Below are positions 11,930 through 23,686 of a stretch of DNA of 64,000 bases, one piece after another. The stretch lies in the NCBI RefSeq assembly GCF_020745735.1, contig NC_083434.1:35399966-35463965 (forward strand), written 5' to 3'. Both the position numbers and the translations under genes were made by a program. Under the pieces are notes generated by a model. It was given only the letters and a program-made list of their open reading frames with translations. It did no database searches and was not told the DNA's origin. Source of the stretch: Hemiscyllium ocellatum (lineage: Eukaryota). How positions within the stretch are numbered: position 1 is the first letter of the stretch; each line of letters opens with the position of its first letter.

Positions 11930-13635
11930 GATTCTTTGTTTTGATCTTGAACTAAGGTAATCTTCTCTATTGTATTCATGTCATCCTCAACAAACTACCC
12001 TTGTCAGGTATCTTTGAACATTCAGGTCCCAGCCTTTGTCATATTCAGGCCATGTCTCCATAATAACTATCAGTTCACATATCTATTTCTGTTTGTCACA
12101 ATTTATCCATTATGTTATAAATACATGTTCATTTACAGAGCCATTGGTTGTATCTTTTTACTGTTTTGCAATCTCCATCCCTGGTGATGCATTCTTAAGT
12201 TTGTTTGTCTGTCCTCACCACAATCTGATTATCATTACATTTATTGCTACATAGTTGTATTGCCTTGTCCTCATTCTGTTTTTTTTTTATCACACTCGGT
12301 TCCTCAGCCTGGCGATTTAATTTAAAGGCCTTTCTACCATACTAATTATATGACTTGCCAGACTACTAGAACCCACCACCATTCAGGTGAAGACATCCCA
12401 ACTTTACAGCTTCCACTTTATCTTGGTGTCCAAGAATCTGTCAATCTTTGAATTGAAATTACTCATTGATTGAGTATCTATAAGGTTTCTGTGGAGAGAA
12501 TTTCAAATATTTACAACCCTTTGAACGTAAGAAGGTGCAGGAAGGTAGAATTGAAGCCATATCGTATCAATGGCGGAGCAGAGTAAAGGGACTGAATTGC
12601 CTACTCCTCTTAGTTCTTATGTTTTTTTCAATAAAGAATATTTTCTCATTTTTTTTAAACCTCTGACCCCTGTAATCTGAGATTGAGATTTCTAGTTCTC
12701 GACTGAATCCAAAGAAAACATTCACTCAACATCTAACCTGTCAAACTCCTCAAAACTCCTAAATATTTTGGTGATATCACCCGCATGCATTTAAGAGTAG
12801 GGGTTATCAGCCCAATGTGGAGAATCTATTATCATAGGAAAATCCTCAAATCAAGGAAAAGAATATTTATTATATTTCTTGGAAGAGTAGTATATTCTTC
12901 TTTAGGCAAGGTAAATGAAACAGTAGACTATATTCTAGGTGTGTTCACATCAAGGCCCTATAGAATTATAGTAAGACTTCTTTCCTCCTAATTAGGAAAA
13001 CATTAACTTTCTGTGATTCAGAGAAGTCATTTCCTTATTTAAAAGCAATTTGTATTTTCATTGTGTCTTAAGAATATAACAAGTATAGGAGTAGGCTATT
13101 CAGCCCCTGAAACTTGCATGCCATTCAACAAAGCCGTGGCTGATCTGTTGCAGGCCTCAACTCCTCTCTTGTACCTGCTTATCATATCACTCCGCTCCCT
13201 GATATTTCAAGACTCTATCTACCGCTTTTTGAAATACTTGCAGTGATCTAGCCTCTACAAATCTCTGGGGAAGAGAATTCTGGACATTTACTACCTGCTG
13301 AGAGAAGAAATTCCTTCACAGTTTTAAATTGGTACTCTGCAACTATGTCACCTTATTCAAGATTCCTCCATAGTGGAAACATCATCTCAACATCTACCCT
13401 GCCTTTTAGAATCTTATATCTTTCAACAAGTTCACTGCTCATTCTTCCAAACTCCAATGAATAAAGGCCTAATCATTTTAGCCATTATTAATAAGTCATT
13501 CCCTTTATCCAAGCAATCAGCTTAGTGATTCCCTTTTGAACAGCTTCCAATTTCCTTGCATCCTTTCTTAAACACAGGGCTAAAGTTGTACACAATACTT
13601 CAAACTCAAAGCAGTTGTAACAAGACATTCCTATT
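11930..13635 (-). mobile_element. cluster of old CR1 LINE fragments (ORF1/endonuclease region ~11930-12420; 3' ends ~12430-12960 and ~13065-13635)
   Basis: Recurrent CR1 3' motifs on the minus strand (GGAGTAGGCTATTCAGCCC, GAGAATTC..ACATTTAC..GAGAAGAAATTCCT, CATCTACCCTG). Confidence 0.6.
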
Positions 13636-14054
13636 TTCAAAGGCGAGATGCGTGGAAAAAGATGAGATGCTCAAAAGAGGAGAAAATGCCCCAAATAGTA
13701 GGGGGACAGACCAAAGGTACAGCTTGATGGTTACAGTCATGCTATCAGCCTGTCACTACACCACTGACCTCTTCCTTCAAGGCTGTCATAATATTCCAGT
13801 CATCTACAAGTCATCCATGGACATCAAGCACTTTGTTCACAATTGAATGGGCATGTTGGAAGGAGGTGCAAATGGGCTGATCTGTTGGCTGAGTCCACAT
13901 TATGAATACTGGGGGAAGTGATGAAGTGGAGATTGTCAAGATTAGCCTTTATTGATGTGCTATTTGGGAAGATTGATGAAAAAAGAGTTGGGGTTAGTGC
14001 TCATAAGTAGGTAGGGACATGTCTTGATGGGCCTTTTAGAGCATACCAAGAAAG

Positions 14055-14575
14055 ATATTGGATTGAATTAGTTTTTTGTCACATATATTCAAATGAGTAC
14101 AGTGAAAAGTTTGTAAGTCACCACTTTTTGTGCCTATTTAAGTGCAAGGTACCTAGGTACAGATTCTTCAATTCCAGTTCTTCGGCAAAAAAGTTAAGAA
14201 AATTAATAAAAAGTTCAGCATTACAGATCATAGGAATAAATTAGAAATATAGAGAAATAGAAAGATCAGAATAATAGTCCTTCCAGCCCAGACCATGCCA
14301 GCACCCTCCCTCCAGTCAGAGCCAGGCCTGCATCACCTTGAGGCCAAGACTCCATGCTGAGACCACACTGGACCAAAAGACTGCCACGTCAAGTAGCAGA
14401 GATACTTCCATGCTGGGCAGGGAGACCTCCATGCCAGGAGTCCAACTCTGTGCTGTGGCTGGGAGTTCAGCACGTTACCAAGAAGAAAGAAGAGAAACAA
14501 AATTTTTTTTTTAAATAACAGAAGGAGCAGAGGAGCTTCGAATGAAGCATCTTACTCCACCGCCTAAACCTAACC
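14055..14575 (-). mobile_element. L2-like or short retroelement 3' part
   Basis: TTGTCACATATA..GAGTACAGTGAAAAG..GGTACAGATTCTT is the reverse complement of the tail at 40650-40780. Confidence 0.55.
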
Positions 14576-15029
14576 CACCTTGATGGGGGTTACTGTGGAC
14601 TTATCTAAAGGAAACTTAAGCCTAGGGTGGCAGAAAGAGATTAGGAAGCTCAAGGAGTGCTGACAGGTTTAATAGGGATTTGGGAGGGCAGAGTACCCAG
14701 GTGGGGACAAATGAAATGAGGCTTAATGACAAGAGACAAGAATCTAAATGAAGTAGATCAGAAAGGAGAAGAAGGAGAAAAAAGTGGATATAGAATTGAT
14801 AGACTCAGTTCTGATATGGAAGTCAAAACATGCTTGTGAATGGGCATAATGAATTTACATGGGCCTTATGCTGTAATCAAGAAATACAAGCAAATCCAGG
14901 AAAGTGGAGCCTTGCCCAGAGTCATAATAGGGATGCACGAACAGAAATCGCAGCCTGGTCACCAGGAAGGAGGTTAATTCCAGGGACACTCTTATCACTG
15001 AGTGGCCTGATACCTTCTGATAACAGGAC

Positions 15030-15235
15030 ATAGAGTAATAAAAGCTTTACAGCATGGAAGCAGACCCTTTGATCCAACTCTTCCATGCTGATCCTAAATT
15101 AATCTAGAAGCATTTGCCAGTGTTTGGTACATATCCTTCTAATTCTTTTGTGTTCATATACTCATCTGGATGCCTTTTAAATGTTGTAATCGTACCGGCC
15201 TCCACCACTTCTTCTGGCAGCTCATTCCATACATG
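15030..15235 (-). mobile_element. CR1 LINE 3' end
   Basis: CAGCATGGAAGCAGACCC..GCCTCCACCACTTC.TCTGGCAGCTCATTCCATAC, same as 55896-56343. Confidence 0.85.
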
Positions 15236-16699
15236 CAATAACGTAGAATAAATGGTAGCTTGGAAATGTGCGGGCAAGAGTCAATGGATAAAGAATAAGT
15301 AAAACATCATCAAATACCTGCTGTGACATGGAAAAATGAATTTCTATCTATATTTTAATTTTCAAATTAATATTTCTACTTTTTTAATCCTATAAGCAAA
15401 ATACAAGAGCTTAATTTCTTAGATCACAAAATACACTTATTTTGAGAGAAAGCAATTAATTTGAGTGTACAGAGAAGCAGAAAGTGTGCAAAACAGAAGT
15501 CCCCAAGTTCTGCAGTATCTGGAGATAATGGTGAACTTAATATTCATGCACAAACCAGTTAATAATGTAAGCCCTTACAAGATCTGGAATTCCATGCAGT
15601 CTTTGTTTTGTCTTCATATCAACTTGAACTAATCTGTTTGCCAAATAAGTTTTTTTTTCAAGTTGTAAATTCGGCCCACATAATGATGGTCTGAAGTACA
15701 AATAGCTTAAAAATCTCAGTGACTCTCAATCCCAAACATCAGATAGCATTGTTAAGAAGACCTATATTGTATTTTAGATATACTTCTGGGATACGTAGCT
15801 GCTGCCAACAGTGTCATTCTGTTCACTCAGCATGGCACTCTGCCAGTCTGACTATGGGAAGCCTCTGGCCCCAATCTGGGTTAGTATCTTAGATTGACAA
15901 CTGCTTCTGAGTCCTTTGAGGTGAGTGCGGGACTGTAGATTGACCTGAGCTCTCACTGATTGACAGCTTGGTGGGGAGAGACTTGATTTATATTACAGAT
16001 TTATATTACCAGTTCTCAGGCCATTTTGAATCTCCAGCGAGGGCACAGAATATTTGAAACTCACAGCCAATAACTGAAATACTGTTTCTTCTTATGCCTG
16101 GGCAAGCTGACTAGAATAAGTTTATGTTCAGTTGTGTTCCAATTAATGAAAAAATAAGATATCCAAAGCAAAATGCCATGGATGCTGGAAATATGAAATA
16201 AAAAGAAAATGCTGAAAATATTCAGAATGAGCAGCATTTACAGATAAATTATTATCACATTGTGACCTTTAATCATGGATTGCAGGTAAATATTATTTTA
16301 CACATTGCATGCCTATTAGATAATAAAATTACTTCTTGATTTGAAACTTATATTTTGGGTTGTCATGTGAGTTTATCCAGTCTAAAGATTTCAATAATGA
16401 GAATCCACATAGTGAAAATTGAGTGTTTTTCCAAATATATATTATGCTGATAAAATTTGCAATAATGCATAACAAAACATTTCAAATCAAGTGAAGTCGC
16501 CAAAGTCCTAGAAGACCATAGGGCTGCTCTATTATTAAAGAGAGACAACTGCTGGTGAGTTCTGCCTGAAGGTCATCATACCTCAGACAAGTGGTGAGAT
16601 TGAGAAGGCGTGACCTCCAGCTGGTACAGGCTTTCTGGTTTCATTTCAGATCTGCTTTACAGTTTAATTGTTTCTACAATTATGTTGAAGGGTGGTTCT

Positions 16700-16928
16700 G
16701 GTTGATATACTATAGGAAGGATGTGGAGGCTTTGGAGAGGATGTAAAAAAGATTTACTAGGATGTTGCCAGGATTGAAATGTATAAGCTATAAGGAGAGG
16801 TTGAACAAATTTGGATTGTTTTTGCTAGAGCATCGGAGGCTGAGGAGAGACCTGATAGAAAATATATGAAAGGCATGGATAGAGTGGAAAGTCTGAGTCT
16901 TTTTCCCAGGGTGAAAATGTCAAATGCC
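16700..16928 (+). mobile_element. CR1 LINE RT C-terminal fragment
   Basis: YRKDVEALERM.KRFTRMLPGLKCISYKERL..LGLFLLEHRRLR.DLIE. Confidence 0.85.
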
Positions 16929-17143
16929 ATATTATATTGGTCAGACCAACTCCTCTGCAAATATATCAAGGATATATCTCATTTAAAGGCAAGTGTAAGG
17001 TCCTGTGTTTCAGATGTAGCTTAATTGGTTACACTACCCAACTTTAAGCAAAACACACTTTATTTTTAGACAAAAAGCCAAAAGAATTGTGGATGCCGGA
17101 AATCTGAAACAAAAATAGAAATTGCAAGAAAACCTCAGCAGAT

Positions 17144-17457
17144 GGCAACATAAGGTGGCTCAATGGCTGCCTCACAACACCAGGGTCCTAGGTTTGATTC
17201 CAGCCTTGGGTAGCTGCCTGTGTGGAGTTTGCACATTCTCCCTGTGTCTGCGTGGGTTTCCTTTGGGTTCTCCGGTTTCCTTCCACAGTCCAAAGATGTG
17301 CAGATCAGGTGAATTTGCCATGCTAAATTGCCCATATTGTTTTATATTAGTCGGAGGGAAATAGGTCTGGGTGGGTTACTCTTCAGAGGATCGGTGTGGA
17401 TTGGTTGGGCAGAAGGGCCTGTTTCTACACTGTAGGGAATCTAATCTAATCTAATCT
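17144..17457 (+). mobile_element. HE1/V-SINE-type SINE
   Basis: tRNA-like head, V-domain, (AATCT)n tail. Confidence 0.9.
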
Positions 17458-17630
17458 GTGGAGAGAAATCAGAGTTAACCTTTCAGATCCAGTGACCCTT
17501 CTTGAAAACTGATGGTAGCTAGGAAAAGGACAGTTTGTATGGAGGAGGTGATGTAGAGGGGTAAAGTAAACAGTAGGTGGGGACAGAGCCCAAAAAGAGA
17601 GAAAAACAGTTGGACAAACAAAGGAGTGAA

Positions 17631-18733
17631 ATCGTAGATTTATTCGCCGAGGCGGTGTGTTTTATCCCTGCAATTGTTTTGTCGCCTCACTACATGATAT
17701 CATCAGTGCATCTTTGATCAGGTGTTAGTGGGCTGTCCTGCCTGGTAGTTATATGTCTCTGTTTGTTGGTACTTCTGGTTCTGTGTTGGTGTTCCTTTAG
17801 ATTCTCCTTCCTGGACATATTAGTGGAATGCACACCTACTGGGGAACTCCAGACCAGTATGTACAGGAAGAACACCCATACTAACCAGATATTGAACTAT
17901 AACAGCAACCACCCTAACACCCACAAATGGAACTGCATTAGGACATTATTTGAATGGGCAAGGACACTGCAGCAACCCAGAACTCCAGAAGGCAGAACAG
18001 GAACACCTATTCAAAGGATTTAAATGAAACAGGTACCTTAAGAGCACTGTCCTCCGGCACTTATGGGACAAACCCAAAGAAGATAACACTACACAACCAC
18101 CCATAATAGCAACTGTATTGTACATCAAAGACATATCAGAGATAACAACATGACTACTCAGAACCCTGAGAATCTTAGAAGCACACAAACCATTAAACAT
18201 CTTCCACCAGGGCCTCACAAAAGTTAGAGACCTGATGCCCACATCCAACAGGATGAATGTTTTCTACAAGATGCCCTGCAAAGACTGTGAAAAACACTAT
18301 ATAGAACAAATAGGAAGAAAACTGACTATATAGCTGCATGAACATCAGCTCACTACTGCCAGATACGACCAGCACTTTCTCATTTCCAACCACCCAGACA
18401 ACGACGGACCCAAATTCAACTGGAACAATTTAACCATCCCATCACAGGCAAAACGGGGACGCACCACAGAATTCCTTGAAGCCTGGCACTCCAATCAGAA
18501 CTCAATCAATAGACACATTGAACTGGACCCTGTAAACAAACCACTCAGATACAGAACCAGAAGTACCAACAGAGACAGATAAATACCAAGCGGATCAGAC
18601 CACCAACACCTTATCAATGATGCATTGATGATGTCATGTAGTGAGGCAATAAAACGGCAGAAAAACACACCAGCTCAGCAAACGAATCCGTGACTTCATC
18701 CACAATCCAAGCTACAAATCTTCTGAAGAACTC
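17631..18733 (+). mobile_element. 5'-truncated Poseidon/Penelope-type element with an inverted terminal arm
   Basis: RT thumb FSFLDILVECTPTGELQTSMYRKNTHTNQILNYNSNHP and GIY-YIG NVFYKMPCKDCEKHYIEQIGRKL. 17631-17785 is the reverse complement of ~18550-18695. Degenerate hammerhead (C/T)TGATGA..(G)AAAC in both arms. Confidence 0.88.
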
Positions 18734-19088
18734 TAAAGACAGGAGTGGTTAAAGGTCGGTCTGAGTGGATGTATAGCTGCTAATGATGACAATTAGTAGC
18801 TGACAATGGGTTATATGTAGTAACAGGCCATGTAATGACAAGACCTGGTATGTGGAGATGGGGGAAAGCAAGGGGAAGGGTGCTCAAGCCCTAAAATTGT
18901 TGAACATTTTATTCTTACCATACTGTTATAATATAAAGAAAGGGATGAATAATTGGTATAACTTTAACTCTGTTGGGAAACTTAACAAGATAATAGATTA
19001 TTTAACTACTAAACAGCAACTGTACCAATATAATAACATCCCATAAAGACACCCTTGGCAAAGGCAAAGTCAATAAAACAGATGGTTT

Positions 19089-19374
19089 AGGGTGTAGGTT
19101 TGCTCGCTGAGCTGCAGGTTTGATATCCAGACGTTTTGTTACCTGGCTAGGTAACATCATCAGTGGCGAGCTCCAAGTGAAGTGAAGCTGTTGTCTCCTG
19201 CTTTCTGTTTAATAGATAGAAAGCAGGAGACAACAGCTTCGCTTCACTTGGACATTGCCACTGATGATGTTACCTAGCCAGGTAATGAAACTTTTGGATA
19301 TCAAACCTACAGCTCAGCGAGTATACCTACACCCTAGACCTCAACCTGAGCTATAAACCTTTACAAATCTTGCG
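19089..19374. mobile_element. fold-back Penelope-derived element with a hammerhead motif in each arm; 14-bp TSD
   Basis: Arms ~19089-19207 and ~19218-19335 are reverse complements. TSD AAAACAGATGGTTT at 19075-19088 and 19375-19388. Confidence 0.9.
19258..19297 (+). ncRNA. minimal type I hammerhead ribozyme motif
   Basis: CCA-CTGATGA(19261-19267)-T-GTTACCT-AGCC-AGGTAAT-GAAA(19287-19290)-CTTT-TGG. The opposite arm supplies the presumed ancestral C-GTC cleavage site. Activity untested. Confidence 0.7.
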
Positions 19375-19836
19375 AAAACAGATGGTTTCATATGCGATTC
19401 TGGCAGCAGAAAGTGAATGAAAGCTTTTAGCTGTTGCCAAGAAAGACGTATAGCTGCTTCCACAACAACTGCTGAAATCTAAATGAAAACTCCAGTTCTG
19501 TGGGAGCCTGACTGCACCCATTCATGTTGCGTCTATTGTTCCAAGGACTCAAAAGCTGTTTATTTCATTGGCTTGGATGAGGCAGCTTTTCAGTGATGAC
19601 TCAAAACCTCTCCTCAAGAAAAACTAGGACAAAATATGCCTCTTAAAGCCATAGTATCATCATACCTCCCCCTTAAAAAAAATCAATGTAAAAGTTTTAA
19701 AAACCTTTATTCTTATGCTATTATTACATGACAGTGTATAGACATTGCATTGATTCTAAGCATGCAAACATTCAATACTACAGTCCATTTCAATTTGTTT
19801 CTTCCACCACCAAACACCTTTGTGTTCCTTCATCAA

Positions 19837-20445
19837 AGTTATGATGAAGACCATTCCCCCTCAAAATATTTGAAGGGGTAATCTAAATTCTAACTTTCTT
19901 TTATTTTAGGGTAGATGTGAAGTGCACGTTCCAAATGTGATGCACTGGTCAAACCACTCAACATTAAGCAAAAGAATTTATTTAGACACTATAGTTAAAA
20001 TACAAACAAAAGAAAGAGGATTTTAGAATAACTTAACTATTGGAAAACTTAACCAAATAACAAATACAGTACCTATTACTAATTAACTGTTCCAATATAG
20101 CAACATCCCATAATTTGGCAAAAGGCTAAATTCAGACACAAGCACATGCAGTTTTCCAACCCAGAAGGAAACAATATTGAGATTTCAAGAATGTAACAGC
20201 AAGGAATCATTTTCCTGAAGCTCCAACTCTTCTGGGACCCAAACAGCTTCTGACTGCTACTGCAAAACAACGAGAAAGCTTGATCTGTAAGATCTGTCCA
20301 CTCCCCTTCCATTATTTCCAATGTTTAAAAAAAACCTAAAGGCCTCCTCTGATTGTCTGCGGCCATCTCCCATAGCCACTTCAGCAATTCTGCCTTTACA
20401 ATCTCTTCAAAAAAACCCAGGACAGAAAAAACTTTTTAAAGTGAT
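19837..20445 (-). repeat. second related LTR-like unit lying within the Gypsy internal region
   Basis: Homologous to the pieces 16930-17070 and 18906-19664 (e.g. AACATCCCATAA..TTGGCAAA(A)GGC). Confidence 0.6.
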
Positions 20446-21705
20446 TACGCTGTTTCGTCCTGCCACATGTATAATTTTAAAATTAAATGGCTATAACAAT
20501 AAATTCCTTCTAAACAGTCTGGTATTTTTATTTTTTATTTTTTCCAAAAACTTTAAAGTGTTATGATCAGTGCATACAGTTTTCTCAGATACATTACTAG
20601 CAACATAAATGTTGAAATGGTGCAATGACAACAGCAAGCCAAGATCTCCTTCTCAATTGTGGAATATTTCTGCGGATGAATATTCAGCTTCCTAGAAAAA
20701 TACCCAGTAGGTTTTTCTATCCTCATTATCATCTTGCAAGAATGCAGCACCAACACCACATCACTCACATCAATATCCACCTTGAATGGCTTTTGTAATT
20801 AGGTGTGGCCAACAGTGGATGGTGGTTAACATAACTTCCAGGCTGTCAAATGCCTTCTAACATTCCTCCATCCACTGAAATCTCCTGTATTTCTTCAACA
20901 AGTCTGTCAATAGAACATCTGCGCTGTTAACATTTGGTATGACTTTCCAATAAAACTGACTCAGTCCCAGGAATTGTGGGTACTTCCTTCTTTGTCGATA
21001 TTATAGGAAATTCCCCATTAACCTTTGTTTTCACATCCTATGGGGCTGTCTGTCCATGTCCAATGATATGGTTCAGGAATGTGATTTGGGCTTTTGTGAA
21101 CTTACTTTTAGCCAGGTTTATCACCAAACTCACACTTGCCTTCTGAAGTCAATTGAACAATTCCAATAGATGCTCCAGAAGGTTATCTATGTAGACCACA
21201 CAATTAGGTAATCTCAAAGTGACTTTATTGGTTAGTTTTTGAAACATGCAGCAAGCACATTTCATACTAAATGGCAAAACTTTAAACTGGTAAAGTTCAT
21301 GCGGTGTCACAAAAGCCAAAATTTCCTTTGCTCCCTCAGATAAAGTTATCTGCCGGTAACCTTTAAGTAAGTCCTGCTTTGAAAAATATGTTGCTTGTCT
21401 CACCTTCTTAATACAGTCTTCCATTTGTGGAATAGGGTACAAATCAGATTTTGTGACCGCTTTGATTTTGCGGTTACCAACAAATAAATGTTGGGGACCA
21501 GCTGGTTTTGGTACCATCACTATGGGTGAGCTCCATTCGCTGCATCTCACTTCAATTATATCATCTTGTTCTCAATTTCAATTTGAACCTGTGCCAATTT
21601 TGGACGGTTAGATGTATAAGGATGTTGATTAATTGGAACAGCATTTCTGACCATCTGCATCATGTGTAAACAGATGAGTACTTCCCAGCTTATTCCCTGG
21701 TATTT

Positions 21706-22015
21706 CATAGAATTGTAGAATCCCTACAGTGTGGAAACAGGCCATTTGGCCCAACAAGTCCACACCAATCTCCAAAGAGTAACTCACCCAGACCCATTCC
21801 CCAACATTTCCCCTGACTGATTCACCTAAACTACACATTCCTGAACACTATGGACAATTTTAGCATGGCCAATTCACCTAACTTGCAAATCTATGGACTG
21901 GGGGAGGAAACCAGAGCAGACACTTGGAGAATATGCAAACTCCACACAATCTCCCGAGGCTAGAATCAAACTCAGGTTCTTTAGCACTGTGAGGCTGTAG
22001 TGCCAGCCATGCTGC
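21706..22015 (-). mobile_element. HE1/V-SINE-type SINE inserted in the Gypsy pol
   Basis: Reverse complement of the SINE consensus, with tail ATAGAAT..CCCTACAGTGTGGAAACAGGCC. Confidence 0.88.
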
Positions 22016-22520
22016 TATGTGATTTCTCTGTGTGATTGTAATAACTCTTTCAGGTCTGTTCAATTTCCTCTGGAAGATAACTCAATAATTTATGAGACCT
22101 TCCTTATTATCCAACTTAATTTGAGGAATATCATTTATTGGAATTTTGTTCTTCACTCTGACTTGTACCACAAGTACCATATTCTCCTTTGGCTTTCCTT
22201 CCCTAGCAAAATACCGTCTGAATATATTCACATGACAGACTCTGTGAGTTTTCCTCCTATCTGGCATTCTTATGAAATAATTGACCTCATGTTCACAAAG
22301 CACTTCATGGACCTAAAAACATAGCCCTGTGCTCTATCAATAGGTATGTACAAAAGTCTTTTCCTCGACTTCTTAAAAATATTTTCAGGACAATCTTTCC
22401 AATATTACTTGCCTTTCAGACTGCATTTAAGCAGACATTGATACTCTGATAGACAATATAGTGCACAAAATGAAAAGTATGGATATTAGTTGGAATTTGC
22501 TCTTTATGTGGACAGCGGGG

Positions 22521-22741
22521 TTTGACAAAGCATGGCGCTGGAAAAAGCACATCAGGTCAGGCATTATCCAAGGAGCAAGGGAGTTGACGTTTCGGACATC
22601 ATCCTTCCAAGGACTGGAGAATGGTTCTGCCTGAAGTGTTGACTCTCTAGCTCCTCGGATGCTGCCTGACCTGCTGTGCTTTCTCCAGCACTGTGCTTTA
22701 TCAACTCTAACACTCCAGCTTCTGCACTCCTCACTTTCTCC
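22521..22741. mobile_element. fold-back Penelope-derived element with degenerate hammerhead stems
   Basis: GCTGGAAAAAGCACATCAGGTCAGGCA..GTTGACGTTTCGG versus GTTGACTCT..TGCCTGACCTGCTGTGCTTTCTCCAGC, plus a ~36-nt unpaired 3' tail ending CTTTCTCC. Confidence 0.8.
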
Positions 22742-23351
22742 CTGTTTGCAGTATAAATTCCATGTTTGACATACAGCCCAAGGGATTCTAAACGATTTTC
22801 AGCCCTTTGTTGTTCTTTGAATGTAAGATATTAGATCGAGGCATTAACTGTGTTGGAAGAGCATCATCTCCATGAAAGCTGGTTGTGGGTCTGCCTGAAA
22901 CCTGATGATCTTCAGTGTAAAGAAGTTTTGATGACCAAATATTGCAGATTGTTACATTACAGGGGATGCAATAAAGCTTGAGGCAGCCACTGCAGGGGAA
23001 CAACGAGTAAAAGCCTGTGTATGTAGTACCATTTCAGCTATGTAGTGCCATTTATTTTCCCTAAAAGTCTACTTTATTCTTATAATTTATAGAAATACAT
23101 TAGTTATTTTGATTTGAATATTACAGAATTTGCAATAAAATTCAACTTGATTCCATACAGCATGTTCCAATCTCAAATACCTCAGTACAATTATGATAGA
23201 TTGTATTGTAAATATCAAACCTATGTCAGGTGTATAGACTAAGAGCAAACCATTTTCAAAATGGAAATTACCAACAGTGCAGTGAAAATCAACTTTTCTG
23301 TATACACCATGTTCCATTCTGAGATGCCTTAACACACTTAAATTGTTTTTT

Positions 23352-23585
23352 GAAACAAAAACAGAGGATTGGAGAACACAGCCGATCTGGCAGCATCTGT
23401 TGAGAGAAAAAGAGAATTAATGTCTCAAGACCACTGACGCTTTGTTAGAACAGGAACTGGAGTTCTGACAAAGTGTTACTTGACTCAAAGCATGCTCTGT
23501 TTTATTCTCAACAGTTGTTGCCAGACCTGCTTTGTTTGTCCAGCATTATTTGTGCTTCCAATTTTTAGCTTCTGCAATTCTCTTT
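23352..23585. mobile_element. older fold-back Penelope-derived element
   Basis: TCTGGCAGCATCTGTTGAGAGAAAA..TTTGTTAGAAC versus GTTCTGACAAA..TTCTCAACAGTTGTTGCCAGA. Confidence 0.65.
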
Positions 23586-23625
23586 TTATTTTAAATATTT
23601 GTGATATTGACAATATATTTCTAGT

Positions 23626-23686
23626 TGAAAATGTGTTGCTGGAAAAGCGCAGCAGGTCAGGCAGCATCCCCAGAGCAGGAGATGGG
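23626..23686 (-). mobile_element. 61-bp Penelope terminus fragment flanked by a 14-bp duplication
   Basis: TGAAAATGTGTTGCTGGAAAAGCGCAGCAGGTCAGGCAGCATCC. AATATATT(T/C)CTAGT occurs at 23612-23625, 23687-23700 and 23708-23721. Confidence 0.8.

Larger units (their letters stand above)
17070..18905 (-). mobile_element. Penelope-like element 3' end (ORF end and 3' UTR/terminus), host to a SINE and a second Penelope
   Basis: Minus strand at ~18884-18905 reads FNNFRA*. The terminal region at 17070-17143 plus 17457-17510 matches the GGGTCACTGGA..GAAA..TTAACTCTG..CTCCACAG family. Confidence 0.7.
16930..19664 (-). repeat. 3' LTR of the Gmr1-like Gypsy element, split by nested insertions (17070-18905 and 19089-19374)
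   Basis: Polypurine tract AAGGGGGAGG (minus strand, 19665-19674) abuts TATGATGATAC at 19664. Segments 16930-17070, 18906-19088 and 19375-19664 join into a sequence homologous to the LTR-like unit at 19837-20445. Confidence 0.7.
19665..22310 (-). mobile_element. Gmr1-like Gypsy internal region (integrase C-terminus, RT, RNase H, PPT)
   Basis: ORF 22082-22303 EVNYFIRMPDRRKTHRVCHVNIFRRY (integrase C-terminal module). ORF 21149-21550 SEWSSPIVMVPKP..YPIP..DLLKGYRQ..AFVTP..YQFKVLPF..VVYIDN (Gypsy RT). ORF 20553-20780 ..GYFSRKLN..KYSTIEKE (RNase H). PPT at 19665-19674. Confidence 0.88.
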
